From NCBI GenBank assembly GCA_963832165.1, contig CAWHTE010000004.1, forward strand, positions 480,001 through 544,000: a DNA stretch of 64,000 bases, given 5' to 3'. Source of the DNA: an uncultured delta proteobacterium (GTDB taxonomy: Bacteria; Myxococcota_A; UBA9160; SMWR01). Positions 22,437 through 34,266 of this stretch are shown piece after piece. The notes beneath the pieces were generated by a model. That model was not told the DNA's origin. It worked only from the letters and a program-made list of their open reading frames with translations, and ran no database searches. Numbering within the stretch: the first letter of the stretch is position 1; the number at the start of each line of letters is the position of its first letter. The position numbers and the translations under genes were made by a program.

Positions 22437-24199
22437 GACAGCAGCGCCTGCGGCAGCTCCACGACGCGCGCGCGCAGCCACTCGCCGAGGCTCTTGGCCT
22501 GCGGGTCCTGGCGCGTCGAGGCCGCGACGCCCTCCTCGAGCAGTCCGTGGATCACGAAGTTGAGCGAGCGCAGCGCGGGCAGGCGATGGCGGTCGACCGG
22601 GAAGGCCGCCACCTCGGGCAGGAGCGCGCGCAGCCGCTCCGTGGTCAGGAACGCGTCGAGCCACGCCCACGCGGCGTCGCTGCGCGCGAACACACCCAGG
22701 TTCGCGTTGCCGCCCTTGTCGCCCGAGCGCGCGCCGGCCACGCGGCCGAGCGGAGCGCGAGCGGTCGGGCCGCCGGGCACGGACGCACCCGGACCCGGCG
22801 CGGACTGCACCGAGACCGGCGGGCGCGGGACCACCGACGACACCTCGCGCGGCTCGCCGCCCAGGAGCACGACCTGCTGCGGCGCCACCTCGGCGGGCAC
22901 GCACGCGGGCTCGGTACACACCGAAGGGTCGCCCCTCACCGGGTCCGCCGCCCACGCCGAAGAAGCCCGGGATCGTCGCGAGCCCGAGCTCGATCACCGC
23001 GTTCGAGAACGCGCGCCCGACCTTGCTCCTCGTCGGGGTCCTTCACGCTGAGCTGCAGGATCGCGACCGCCTGCTCGTTGCTCTCGGGGTCCGCCTTGTC
23101 GGTGCGGGTCAGGCGCGTCGTGACGCTGCGCGAAATCCTCGGGAGCGTACGGGCATGCCAGCCAGAACGCCTCTTCGATGAGCTTGGCCTTCGCCTCGAT
23201 GTCGAGGCCCGTGAGACACACGCTCGATGTCGTTGCGGAAGCCGCCGGGCTCGGTTGATGCACACCTTGAGCGTCGGCGGCGGCGGCTCGCCGCGGATGC
23301 CGTACATGCGCACGCGGTCGGGTCCGATCTGCTCGAGCTGGATCGTGTCGAAGCGCGTTGTCACGTCGGGCCCGAGGTACTGGGGCCCGCCGATCTCGTA
23401 GAGCAGCTGCGACGTGACCGTGCCGATCGACACCTCGCCGCCCGTGCCGTCGTGCTTGCCGATCACGGACGAGCCGTCGGCCGCGATCTCGGCCCACGGG
23501 AACCCCGTGCGCGCCATGCCCGGCACCTCGGTGAAGAACGAGTAGTTGCCGCCGGTGGCCTGGGTGCCGCACTCGATCACGTGGCCGGCCGACGACCGCG
23601 CCCGCGAGCGCGTCCCAGTCGGTCGCGCGACCAGCCGTGGTGCCACGCGGCCGGGCCGCAGACCACGGCCGCGTCGGTGACGCGGCCGGTGATCGACGAT
23701 GTCGGCACCGCGCTCGAGCGCCTCCGCAATGCCCCAGCAGCCGAAGTAGGCGTTGGCGGTGAGGAACGCGGACGCGTCCTTGATCGGCTCGCCGGTCTCG
23801 AAGTGGGTGAGCTCGGTCGCCGGCGATCAGCTCCGCCATGCGCGGCAGGAGGTCGTCGCCGCGCACGTACGCGATCACGGGGTGCAGCCCGAGCTTGTCG
23901 GCGACCTGCGGCGACCGCCTCGGCGCAGCCGTCGGGATCGAGCCCGCCCGCGTTCGAGACCACCTTGATCCCGCGGTCGAGGCACGTGCCCATCACCTGC
24001 TCCATCTGGGTGACGAAGCTGCGCGCATAGCCCCCGCCGGGCCGCTTGAGCGCGTGCGGGCGAGGATCAGCATCGTGAGCTCGGCGAGCCAGTCGCCCGT
24101 GAGCACGTCGATCGGGCCGCCCTCGACCATCTCCTTGGCCGCCGAGAGGCGGTCGCCGAAGAAGCCCGAGCAGTTCGCGATCCGTATCGGTTTCGCCAT
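22433..24199 (-). CDS. AtuA/DUF1446 acyclic terpene utilization family protein (multiple frameshifts)
   Basis: IRIANCSGFFGDR, LTGDWLAELTM, SNAGG, GHVIECGTQATGGN, QLLYEIGGP, ARSGDKGGNAN and DPQAKSLGE motifs, spread over several frames. Confidence 0.85.
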
Positions 24200-26154
24200 C
24201 ACGCTTCTCCCGCGCCATCGGCCTCGACCACGAGCAGCACCGCGCCGCTCTCGACCTGGTCGCCCACCGCCACGCGCACCTCGGCGCACCACGCCGTCGG
24301 CTCGGTCGCGCTCATCGGGTGCTCCATCTTCATCGCCTCGAGCACCACGAGCGTCTGTCCGGCCGCGACCGGTCGCCCACCGCGACGCGCACGTCGAGCA
24401 CCATGCCGGGCATGCGCGCGACGAATCCGCCCGCCGCTGACGCTTGCCCGGGCATCGCGAAGCGCGGCGCGACGTCGAGGTCGACGTCGCCGCGCGGGGT
24501 GCCGCACGAGAATGCGCTCCCCGTGCTGCGTGATGCGCGCGCGGATCCGCCGGCCGTCGATCTCGGCGTCGATCGCGTCGCGCGACCACGCGTGCACGCG
24601 CGCGTGTGTACCGTCGCCGACAGCGGAAGCGGCCGTCCCGCAGCGCGGCGATAGGAGACGGCGATCGTCGCTACCGCGAAACTCGAGGACCACGCGCTGA
24701 TCGGGCAGGCGCGCGTTGCGCCAGCCGCTCGGGATCGCCGCGAGCACCACCGCGTCGGCGCGGTTGCGGCCCTGGACCCAGAGCGCCGCGAGCTGCGCTG
24801 CGCGTTCGAGCTCTTCGCCCGTGAGCTCGAGCGCGCGCGGGGGCGCGACCCGCTCGATGAAGTCGGTCGTGGTGTCGCCGGCGAGGAACGCCGGTCTGCG
24901 CAGCACCGCGACCAGGAAGTCCCGGTTGGTCGTGACCCCGCCGAGGTGCAGCCGCTCGAGGGCGAGCGCGAGCCGGCCCGCGGCCTCGGCGCGCGTGGGC
25001 GCGTGCGCGATCACCTTCGCGAGCATCGGGTCGAAGTCGACGCCGACGCGCCGAGCCCGTCGCGACGCCCGCATCCCAGCGCACGGCGGGCGTCGTCCGC
25101 GGGCTCGAATGCGGCGAGCGTGCCCGTCGCGGGCAGGAACCCGTCCGCGGGATCCTCGGCGTACAGGCGCACCTCGATCGCGTGCGCCGCGAGAACGCGA
25201 TGTCGGCCTGCGCATAGCCGAGCGGCTCGCCCGCGGCGATGCGCAGCTGCTCGCGCACGAGATCGATGCCCGTGACCGCCTCGGTCACGGGGTGCTCGAC
25301 CTGGAGGCGCGTGTTCACCTCGAGGAAGAAGAACTCACCGCGTCGCGTCGTCGACGAGGAACTCGACCGTGCCGGCCGACTCGTAGTCGATCGCGCGCGC
25401 CGAGCCGCAGCGCGGCGTCGCCCATGCGCGCGCGCAGCGCCGTCGTCGACGACGCGGGGACGGCGACTCCTCGACGATCTTCTGGTGGCGGCGCTGGATC
25501 GAGCACTCGCGCTCGCCGAGGTGCACGAGGTTGCCGTGGCGATCGCCGAGGATCTGGATCTCGACGTGGCGCGCGCGCGACACGTAGCGCTCGAGGAAGA
25601 CGCGGTCGTCGCCGAAGCCGCCCGCGGCCTCGCGGCGCGCCGCGGCCACCGCCTCGGCGCAGCTCCGCGGCCGAGCGCACGACGCGCATGCCCTTGCCGC
25701 CGCCGCCCGCGGCCGCCTTGACCAGCAGCGGGTAGCCGATCGCATCACCGGCAGTCGGATCCCCCGAGCCGGGCAGCGTCGGCACGCCGGCCTCGCTCGG
25801 CGAGCGCCTTGGCGGCGAGCTTGTCGCCCATGCGCTCGATCGCCTCGGGCGGCGGCCCGACCCAGACCAGCCCGGCTTCCGCGACGGCGGCGCAAACGCG
25901 GCGTTCTCGGACAGGAAGCCGTAGCCCGGGTGGATCGCATCGGCGCCGCTCGCGCGCGCGGCGTCGAGGATCGCCTTGCCGTCGAGGTAGCTGGTCGCGA
26001 GCCGCACCGCCTCGTCGGCATCCGACACGTACGGCGCCGCGGCGTCGGCGTCGACGTAGACCGCGACGCAGCGGATCCCCATCGCGCGCGCGCTGCGGAT
26101 CACGCGGCGCGCGATCTCGCCCCGGTTGGCGACGAGCAGCGTCGAGAAGCTCAC
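24199..26154 (-). CDS. acyl-CoA carboxylase alpha subunit (biotin carboxylase + BCCP; multiple frameshifts)
   Basis: [53 protein letters not shown] and biotinylation site EAMKM. Confidence 0.9.
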
Positions 26155-27827
26155 AGCCGGAACACTCCGTAGCCGGCCGCGCCCGCGATCGGGTTGCTGC
26201 GCACGACCGAGAGGCAGATCCCGAGCACGGTGCGCGTGTCGCGCGGATCGATGATCCCGTCGTCGCTGATCGCGCCGGTCGCCTCGAGCGCGAGCGACCC
26301 GCGCTCCTGCTTCGCCTCGACGGCGGCGACGGATCTTGGCGTCCTCGTCCTCGTCGAACGGCTCGCCTTTCCGCGCGGCCTGGCCGCGGCGCACGATCGA
26401 CATCACGCCCGCGATCTGCTTGCGGCCCATCACGGCGATCTTCGCCGTGGGCCAGAGGAACGTGAAGCGGTTGTCGAACGCGCGGCCGCGACATGCCGTA
26501 GGTGCCGGCGCCGTAGGACGCGCCGATGATCACGGTGATGTGCGGCACGGTCGAGTTGGTGACCGCGTTGATCATCTGCGAGCCCTTCTTGATGATGCCG
26601 GCCTGCTCGAAGTCCGGCCCACCATGTAGCCGGTGATGTTCTGCAGGAACAGCAGCGGCACGTCGATCTGGTTGCAGAGCTGGATGAAGTGGGCCGCCTT
26701 CTCGGCCGACTCGGGGTAGAGCACGCCGTTGTTGCCGAGGATGCCGACCGGGTAGCCGTGGATGCTCGACCCAGCCGCAGACGAGCGTCGGTGCCGTAGC
26801 GCGGCTTGAACTCCTCGAAGCGCGAGCCGTCGACGATCCGGGCGATCACGTCGCGGACGTCGACGGGCTGGCGCAGGTCGCGGCTGACGATGCCGAGCAG
26901 CTCCTCGGGGTCGAGCACGGGCTCGTCGGCGCGCAGGGACGGCGGCGGGCCCTGCCTTGCGCCAGTTCAGGTGCGAGACCACCTCGCGGCACAGCCGGAT
27001 CGCGTCGCGCTCGTCCTCGGCGAGGTAGTCGCCGAGGCCCGACATCTCGGCGTGCATCTGCGCGCCGCCGAGCGTCTCGTCGTCGCGAATCCTCGCCCGT
27101 GGCCATCTTCACGAGCGGCGGGCCGGCGAGGAAGATCTTCGACTGCTCGCGGATCACGATGTTGTAGTCGGACATGCCGGGCTGATAGGCGCCGCCGGCC
27201 GTCGACGAGCCGAACACCACGCACACGGTCGGGATCCGCAGCTTCGAGAGCTCGATCATCTCGTAGAAGAAGCGGCCGGTCTCGGCGAAGTGGTCGGTCT
27301 GCGCGCCGCCGGCCACGCGCGTGCCGCTCTTCTTGTCGTCGTCGTCGACGTCCATGCGCAGGTCGGCGCCGGCCGACTCGACGAAGCTGACGTAGGGGAT
27401 GCGGTTGTCGCGCGCGATCTCGAGCGCGCGCATCCACTTCTTGCTCGCGTAGGGCGTGAGCGCGCCGCCGAGCACGGTGGGGTCGTTGCCGATGATCACG
27501 CACTCGGTGCCCGCGATCACGCCGATCCCGCACGACCAGCGCCGCCGCCGATCGTGTAGTCGAGTTGTAGGCCGGCGAGCGGGCTGATCTCGAGGAACGG
27601 GCTGTCGGGGTCGAGCGCGAGCGCGATCCGCTCGCGGACGGGCAGCTTGCCGCGCTTGGCGAGCCGCGCCGTGGTGCTCGGGGCCGCCGCCGGCCTCGGC
27701 CTGGTCGAGCAGGCGCGTCGATCTCGGCGAGCTTCTCGACCATCGCGGTGCGGTTCTCGGCGAACTCGGGTGTGCGCGGGTCGAGCGTGGAGCGCAGGGG
27801 CGGCGCGAGCAGGGGGGGTGTGTGCAT
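26151..27827 (-). CDS. acyl-CoA carboxylase carboxyltransferase (beta) subunit (multiple frameshifts)
   Basis: [60 protein letters not shown] and [11 protein letters not shown] motifs. Confidence 0.9.
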
Positions 27828-27857
27828 TGACAGATCCATAACGCTTCCGGTAACAAT
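27827..27857 (+). promoter_or_regulatory. possible sigma70-type promoter (TTGACA...TAACAAT) in the AT-richer divergent gap
   Basis: Perfect TTGACA at 27827-27832 with TAACAAT 18 nt later; the -10 match is imperfect. Confidence 0.35.
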
Positions 27858-27877
27858 AGGCAATCGAAATTACCCCC

Positions 27878-28672
27878 ATGCTGATCGAGGCCACCGACTT
27901 CCGCGCCGAGGCCGACGAGCTCCACGCGTTCCTCCGCACTCTCGGCGAACGCGACTGGAGCCGGCCGACGACGTTCCAGCGCTGGACGCCCTGGGACGTG
28001 GTCGCGCACCTGCATCTCTACGATCAGGTCTCGCTCGCGTCGCTCGCGGGTGGAGAGGCCTTTGCCGCCGAGCGCAGTCGGCTCGTTCGGGACGATCGCG
28101 AAGGGCGCGACCAACGCCGAGCTTGCGCGCGAGAGATTCGGCGCGCTCGGCGCGTCCAGCTGCTCTCGCACTGGATCGACGGTGCGCGCTCGCTCGCAGC
28201 GCAGCTCGGCGAGAGCGATCCGAAGCGGCGCCTGCCCTGGTTCGGGCCCGACATGGGCGTGCGCATGTTCACGACGGCGCGCCTCATGGAGACCTGGGCG
28301 CACGGCCAGGAGGTCTACGACCTCATGCGCGTCGAGCGCGCGCACACCGACCGCCTGCGCCACATCGCCGAGATCGGCGTGCGCACGTTCGCGTGGACGT
28401 TCGTGAACCGGAAGCTCGAGGTGCCCGGCCCGCCGCCCTACGTGCGCCTCGTCGCGCCCTCGGGCGCGGTCTGGGAGTGGAACGAGCCGAGCGAGACGAG
28501 CCGCGTGACGGGCACCGCGGTCGACTTCTGCCGTACCGTGACCCAGGTGCGCAACGCCGCGGACACCGGGCTCGAAGTGGTCGGCGACGTCGCGACGCGC
28601 TGGATGGCGATCGCGCAGTGCTTCGCGGGCGGAGCCACCGACCCGCCCAAGCCGGGAGAACGCGCCGGATGA
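27878..28672 (+). CDS. TIGR03084-family (MDMPI-like) metal-binding protein
   Basis: WTPWDVVAHL, PWFGPDM, TARLMETWAHGQ, RLRHIAEIGVRT and WMAIAQCFAG motifs. Confidence 0.85.
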   Translation: MLIEATDFRAEADELHAFLRTLGERDWSRPTTFQRWTPWDVVAHLHLYDQVSLASLAGGEAFAAERSRLVRDDREGRDQRRACAREIRRARRVQLLSHWIDGARSLAAQLGESDPKRRLPWFGPDMGVRMFTTARLMETWAHGQEVYDLMRVERAHTDRLRHIAEIGVRTFAWTFVNRKLEVPGPPPYVRLVAPSGAVWEWNEPSETSRVTGTAVDFCRTVTQVRNAADTGLEVVGDVATRWMAIAQCFAGGATDPPKPGERAG

Positions 28673-29860
28673 ATCTGGAATTCGGCCCGCAATACGAGGA
28701 GTTCCGCGCTGGAGTTCGCGCGTTTCTCGAGAAACACAAGGGCGACCGGTCGACCAGCAGTCTGATCGATATGTCGGCCGCAGAGCGCTCGCGCTGGCTC
28801 TCGCTGCTGATCGAGCACGGCTACTGGGCGCGCACGATCCCGAAACAGTATGGGGGCCACGGCGCCGAGCCCGATCTGCTCACGACCGTGATCATGGACG
28901 AGGAGTTCAACCGCGCGGGCGTGTCGCGCGGGCTCAACGCGCAGGGGCCCTCGATGCTCGTGCCCACGCTGCTCGAGCACGGCACCGAGGAGCAGAAGCA
29001 GCGCTGGATCGGCCCGACGATGCGCGGCGAGGTGATCTGGTGCCAGGGCTATTCCGAGCCGGGCTCGGGCAGCGACCTCGCGAGCCTCACGACCTCGGCG
29101 CGCGAGGACGGCAGCGACTTCCTGATCAACGGCCAGAAGATCTGGACCAGCACCGCGGACAAGTTCGCAGATGATGTTCGTGCTCGTGCGCACGGAGCCC
29201 GCCGCGCCCAAGCACTCCGGCATCTCGTACATCCTCCTGCCGATGGAAACGCCCGGCATCGAGGTGCGGCCGCTCGAGACGATGTCGGGCGCGATCGGCG
29301 AGAACTCGTTCAACCAGGTGTTCTTCCGCGACGTGCGCGTGCCGCAGGCGAACGTGGTGGGCAAGCGCGGCGAGGGCTGGAAGATCGCGAACACCACGCT
29401 CACGCACGAGCGCGCGAGCCTGAACTCGAACGCCGAGGGCCTCCTGCTGCGCCTGGTCAAGCTCATGCGCAAGGAGACCGTCGACGGTGTGCCCGCGATC
29501 GCGAGCCCGGTCTACCGCGATCGCCTGCTGCGCCTCCAGTCGCGCGCGCTCGCGATGAAGCACCACAGCATGCGCCTGCTCACGTGCGGCCTGAAGGGCG
29601 AATCGCCCGGGGTCGCGGGGCTCGTCGTGAAGCTCCAGAACTGTCAGCTCAGCTTCGACATCGCCGCGCTCGCGATCGACGTGATGGGCGAGCTCGGCAG
29701 CCTGTACGAGCACGCGAAGTACGAGCGCGAGAAGGGCTTCTGGCATGCGCACTCGTTCTTCGCGCTCGGGCTGATCATCGGCGGCGGCACCGCGCAGATC
29801 CAGAAGAACATCATCGCGGAGCGCGGGCTCGGCCTGCCGCGCGAGCCCAAGGCTTCGTAG
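28669..29860 (+). CDS. acyl-CoA dehydrogenase (FadE-type; frameshift near 29165)
   Basis: WCQGYSEPGSGSDLA, INGQKIWTS, FNQVFF, TLTHER and IGGGTAQIQKNIIAERGLGLP motifs. Confidence 0.92.
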
Positions 29861-29927
29861 GGCGGAAATCCCGCCATCCTTTTCCGGGCGGCGGATGGCG
29901 GGATCCGCTGCGCTCCTCCCGCCCTAC
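29857..29927. repeat. REP doublet (REPIN), GTAG family
   Basis: GTAGGGCGGAAATCCCGCC...GGCGGGATCCGCTGCGCTCCTCCCGCCCTAC. Confidence 0.85.
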
Positions 29928-29943
29928 AAGAAGTGGACACACT

Positions 29944-31031
29944 ATGGATTTCGGGCTCTCGGAAGATCAGCGTCTGCTCGGAGCAGAGCGTGCGCAGCTT
30001 CCTGCGCGACCGCGTGCCGATCACGCGCGTGCGCGAGCTGCGCGACGCCGATTGTCCGAACGACCGCGCGATCTGGCGCGGCCTCGCCGAGCTGGGCGCG
30101 GCCGGGATCCTCGTTCCCGAGGCGCACGGTGGGAGCGGTCTCGGCCTGCTCGACGCCGCACTCGTCGCGGAGTCGCTCGGCCACGCCGCGGCGCCGAGTC
30201 CGTTCCTGTCGACCGCCGTGATCGCGCCGGTTGCGCTCGGCTGCGCTGCCGGGCGCAGACGCGAAGGCGTGGCTCGAGGGAATCGCGTCCGGCGAGCTCG
30301 TGATGGGCGCCGCGCTCACCGAGCTGTTCTCGATCCGCGAGGGCGCGGGCGTTTCCGACGCGGGCGGCGTGCTGCGCGGCAAGGCGCTCATGGCGCTCGA
30401 TGCGCACGGTGCGGATCGCATACTGATCCCGATCGGAGCCGACCGGCTCGCCGTGGTGCGCACGGATGCCGCGGAGCTCACGATCACGCGGCTCGCGACG
30501 ATCGACGCCACGCGCTGCACGGCCGAGGTGACGCTCGACGGTGTCGCGCCCGAGGCCGTGCTCGACGGCGCGGGCGCCGCGATCGCGCGCGCGCTCGACG
30601 CAGGCCGCATCGCGCTCGCGGCCGACGCGCTAGGCGCGTGCGAGGCGATGATCGAGCAGTCGGTCGCCTACGCGCAGCAGCGCAAGCAGTTCGGGCGCGC
30701 GATCGGCTCGTTCCAGGCCGTGAAGCACATGTGCGCCGAGATGATCGCGGCGCTCGAGCCCGCGCGGTCGCTGCTCTGGTACGCCGCGCACAGCTTCGAC
30801 GCGCTGCCCGACGAGGCGCCGCAGATGGCCTGCCACGTGCTCGAGCACGTCTCCGAGATCGGTCGCGAGATCGCGAGCACGGCTACGCAGGTGCACGGCG
30901 GAATCGGCTGGACCGACGAGCAGAATCTGCACTTCTGGTTCAAGCGCATCGCGGTCGCGCGCCATCTGCTGGGCGGGCCCGAGCTCCTGCGCGAGCGCGC
31001 GGCGGAGCTCCAGGGGCTCATTCCGGCTTGA
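29944..31031 (+). CDS. acyl-CoA dehydrogenase, partner subunit type (5' frameshifts)
   Basis: MDFGLSEDQ, VPEAHGGSG, RKQFGRAIGSFQAVKH and QVHGGIGWTDE motifs. Confidence 0.9.
30305..31019 (+). repeat. 715-bp direct repeat, copy 1 (3' part of the acyl-CoA dehydrogenase)
   Basis: Aligns without gaps to 42135-42849; 10 substitutions counted by eye. Confidence 0.95.
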
Positions 31032-31040
31032 GGCAGGGTC

Positions 31041-31316
31041 CTAGCGCCTGCTTCGACTCGACTCGCCGAACGCTTCGGTAACACGCTCGAACGAAAGCTC
31101 GGCGCGTCGGGCCGCCTCGCGCACGTGCTCGGCCGTCTCGGCTTCGTAGAGGTGGAAGCAGATCTCGTCTTCGGGGACGAAGATCGACCGGAGATAGCGG
31201 ACCGGTGTTCCCTCGCGCGTCAGCTTTTGCGCCGCGCGCCTGGCATTTACGGCCCCGCGGTCGACCGCGGCGCCATCGGTGCGCGCGACATAGAGCTCGA
31301 CCAGGAATTCAGCCAT
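31041..31316 (-). CDS. DUF4242/SCO4226-like small protein
   Basis: MAEFLVELY...VRYLRSIFVPEDEICFHLYEAETAEHVREAARRAELSFERVTEA; this family is often found next to LuxR-AAA regulators. Confidence 0.75.
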   Translation of the reverse strand: MAEFLVELYVARTDGAAVDRGAVNARRAAQKLTREGTPVRYLRSIFVPEDEICFHLYEAETAEHVREAARRAELSFERVTEAFGESSRSRR

Positions 31317-31321
31317 GGACG

Positions 31322-31368
31322 CACGGTACGCCCGATCCGAGCCCGACCGAAATAACGGAAACCCTCAA
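31322..31368 (-). promoter_or_regulatory. candidate LuxR-AAA-activated promoter of the DUF4242-like gene
   Basis: TTGAGGGTTTCCGTTATTTCG-N16-GCGTACCGTG; box identical to 34267-34287; TACCGT lies 6 nt before the ATG (leaderless-like). Confidence 0.7.
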
Positions 31369-31400
31369 TTTGGAGGCTTCGGGCCAGTGTCGGGGAATGC

Positions 31401-34193
31401 CTAGTGCGCGGTGCGCAGCCGTTCCGCCAGGCGAGCGCGCGAGTGCACGCCGAGCTTCGCATAGGCGTGGGAGAGGTGGACTTCGACCGTGTGCACGCTC
31501 ACGAAGAGCGCCGCCGCGATCTCCTTGTTCGAGAGGCCACCGGCCGCGAGCTCCGCGACGCGCCGCTCGCTTGCGCTGAGCTCTCCCGCCGACCGGGGTT
31601 GGCGACCGCCGACGCGGTCGAGCTCGCTCCGAGCGCGCTCCGCCCAGAGCTTTGCGCCCATGCGCTCGAACTCGGCGAGCGCCTCCGCGAGAGTGCGTCT
31701 TGCATCCGCCCGCCGTCGCAGACGGCGCTCGACGATGCCCTTCACGAGGAGGGTCCGGGCGCGCTCGAAGGGCAGCTCGAAGCGGTCGTGGTCGGTCAGC
31801 GTGGCGTCGAGCATCGCCAGGGCGCTCGCTGGGTCGCCGCGTGCGGCGAGCAGAAGAGCCCGGCAGCGACCGCGGGTCGTGAGTGCCCAGCTCTGCTCGG
31901 ACGCGCCACCGGGAGCTTCGAGCGCGTCGAGGATCGCCTCGGTGCGATCGAGCTGGCCGAGCCCCACGAGCGCCTCGAGCGAGTCCGGCAGATGCATCAA
32001 CACGATCACCTGAACCACGCCATATCGCTCGATGACCTCGGTCAATCCGCGAGATGCCCGCCACGCCGCTTCGTGGTCGCCCGCCGACACCTCCGCCAGC
32101 GCGAGCGCCGACGCCCTGAAGAGCTCGGCTGACGCATTGCCGCCCTGATCGAGGACGGCGGCCTCGGCGCAGCGACGGCGGGCGTCGGCGAGATCCCCGA
32201 CGTGTGCGTCGACATACGCGCGCTGCGCAATGGCCCAGCGTTCCAACGAGCGGTTGGCCGTCGTCGACGCACAGGTGATCGCCTCGTCGGCGATCTCTGC
32301 GGCGGCTCCGAAGTTTCCGCATCTCGTCTCGAGCCAGGAGAGCCAGATGAGCGACTGGCCGAGCTCGGCGTCGTCGCCGTGTTCGGTGAGTCGGTTGCAC
32401 AGAGCGCGAAACAGATTACGTGCTTCTGCGTGCCTCCCGACGTACATCATCAGGTATGCGGCGAGGCCGCTCGGCGAAGTTTCGGCCAGCGCGACCCGGC
32501 TGTGATCTTCGAGCGCGAGCGCGCGCTCGACCTTCGACCAGTCGACTCCCCGCCCTGCCAGGTAGTCGGCCATCGCACAGAAGGCGAGCGCCTCGGCGAG
32601 CAGCGGTCGATCGTCGGTTCCGGCGAGGCGCTCGAGCGCCTGATGGCTGTGATCGGCCGCCCCGGCAAAGTCCATGCGGAGGGTCAGGACGTGAGCCAGC
32701 TCGACCTGGATCCTCGCCGAGGTCCTCGGATCGTCGGCGATCGCGAGCGCCTCCAAGAGAAGTCGCTCACTTCCGTCGCGATCCTCCTCGTCCAAGGAGA
32801 GCTCCGCCAGCAGGCGGAGGGCGTCCGCGCGCTGCCCAGGCGCGATCGCCTCCGCCATCAGCTCCTCGAGCAGGGAGCGGGCGCGGGCGCGATCGCCCGC
32901 GTGGCAGTGGAGCTCGGCGGCGCGAATGCCGCGCGCGCGCGCGGCGACTGCGTCGTTCGGCGGCGTGAGATCCCGCGCCCGTTCCAGGAGTTCGGCAGCA
33001 ACGGAAACCCCTCCGCGAGAGCGGGCGGCGGCAGCGCCTTCCTCGAGCAGCCGCGCGATCGCCTCGTCGGGTTCGCTCGTCCCGAACGCCAGATGCTGCG
33101 CGCGCTGGTCGAGCTCCTCCACCACGTCGGCCAGGCGCAGGTGCATCCTGCGCCGCTCGCCCGTCGTGGCCGTGGCGATCACAGCGGCGGCGTGCAGCGG
33201 ATGGGCGAAGCGGACGACCTCCTGCTCGATCGTCGCGATCGTCGCGCGTTCGGCCGGTTCGAGATCGACGTCGGGAGCGCGTCCGCAGACACGTCGCAGC
33301 GTATCGACGGTGGGATGGGTCAGCAGAGCCGCTGCAAGCAAGAGGTCACGGGTCGCCTCGGGTAGCACCACCACGCGCTCGCGCACGAGCGAGCGGATGT
33401 CGTCGGGCACCGGGAGCGGCTCGTTGTGCGGAAGCGGGGGCCGTTCGGCGAGGGCGCGGCCGATCTCGAGCGCGAACAGGGGATTGCCGCCCGACGTGGC
33501 GTGGATGCGCACGAGCGTCGATCGCTGGAAGGTGGTCCCGAGTCGCTCCTTGAGCAGGCGTTGGAGCGCGCCCAGACTGAGCGGAGTCATGCGCACGCGG
33601 GCGAACGTGTCGCGCGGCACGAGCGCCTCGAGATCGAGCTTCACGGGCTCGAGCAGGCGGCGCGTCGCGAGCAGCGCCACGCGTTCGGTCGTCAGACGCC
33701 GGATGACGAAATCGAGGACGCCGACCGAAGCCGCGTCCAACCATTGCACGTCGTCGACGGCCAACAGCACGGGTCTCTCCGCGGCGAGACTCGAGACCAG
33801 CGAACGCATGCCCGCCGCAACCGCCCGTTCCGCGATCGGTCGGTCGCCCGGGTCGACCTCGAGCAGCGCGCTCGCGAGCGCACGCCGCTGCGGCGTGGGC
33901 AGCGCCTTCAACCGTTCGGCGGACATGGCGCCGAGCAGCTCGGCGACCGCAGCGAGCGGCATCGCCACTTCCGAAGCTCCGGGCCGGCAGGAGAGGACGT
34001 GGAACCCATGCGCTTCGGCTCGGCGTAGGGCCTCGCGGAAGAGCGTGGTCTTGCCGATGCCCGCCTCGCCTTCGAGGAGCAGCACGGCCAGACCCTCGCG
34101 TCCGGCAGACAGCAGCTGCTCGATCGCGGTGAGCTCGAGTTCGCGACCGATCAGCTCGGCCGATGCGGAATCAGGTCTTCGCCTGGAGGACAT
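31401..34193 (-). CDS. large ATP-binding LuxR-family (LAL/MalT-like) transcriptional regulator
   Basis: GGAGG RBS; LIGRELEL, Walker A GEAGIGKTT, AVDDVQWLD, GGNPLFALE, FAHPL; C-terminal HTH GLSNKEIAAALFVSVHTVEVHLSHAYAKLG. Confidence 0.93.
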   Translation of the reverse strand: MSSRRRPDSASAELIGRELELTAIEQLLSAGREGLAVLLLEGEAGIGKTTLFREALRRAEAHGFHVLSCRPGASEVAMPLAAVAELLGAMSAERLKALPTPQRRALASALLEVDPGDRPIAERAVAAGMRSLVSSLAAERPVLLAVDDVQWLDAASVGVLDFVIRRLTTERVALLATRRLLEPVKLDLEALVPRDTFARVRMTPLSLGALQRLLKERLGTTFQRSTLVRIHATSGGNPLFALEIGRALAERPPLPHNEPLPVPDDIRSLVRERVVVLPEATRDLLLAAALLTHPTVDTLRRVCGRAPDVDLEPAERATIATIEQEVVRFAHPLHAAAVIATATTGERRRMHLRLADVVEELDQRAQHLAFGTSEPDEAIARLLEEGAAAARSRGGVSVAAELLERARDLTPPNDAVAARARGIRAAELHCHAGDRARARSLLEELMAEAIAPGQRADALRLLAELSLDEEDRDGSERLLLEALAIADDPRTSARIQVELAHVLTLRMDFAGAADHSHQALERLAGTDDRPLLAEALAFCAMADYLAGRGVDWSKVERALALEDHSRVALAETSPSGLAAYLMMYVGRHAEARNLFRALCNRLTEHGDDAELGQSLIWLSWLETRCGNFGAAAEIADEAITCASTTANRSLERWAIAQRAYVDAHVGDLADARRRCAEAAVLDQGGNASAELFRASALALAEVSAGDHEAAWRASRGLTEVIERYGVVQVIVLMHLPDSLEALVGLGQLDRTEAILDALEAPGGASEQSWALTTRGRCRALLLAARGDPASALAMLDATLTDHDRFELPFERARTLLVKGIVERRLRRRADARRTLAEALAEFERMGAKLWAERARSELDRVGGRQPRSAGELSASERRVAELAAGGLSNKEIAAALFVSVHTVEVHLSHAYAKLGVHSRARLAERLRTAH

Positions 34194-34266
34194 AGCACCT
34201 CCAAACAGGGTCGCGCGGGCCGCCCGCCAGGATACCCGCACGGCCGGCGAACCTTCCGCGGAAGAT

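Noticed and set aside
22433..27827. Mass pseudogenisation of the AtuA/carboxylase operon
   Set aside because: Catalytic motifs are intact and the defects are single-base indels seen throughout the window, which fits long-read error better than decay. Polishing would confirm this.
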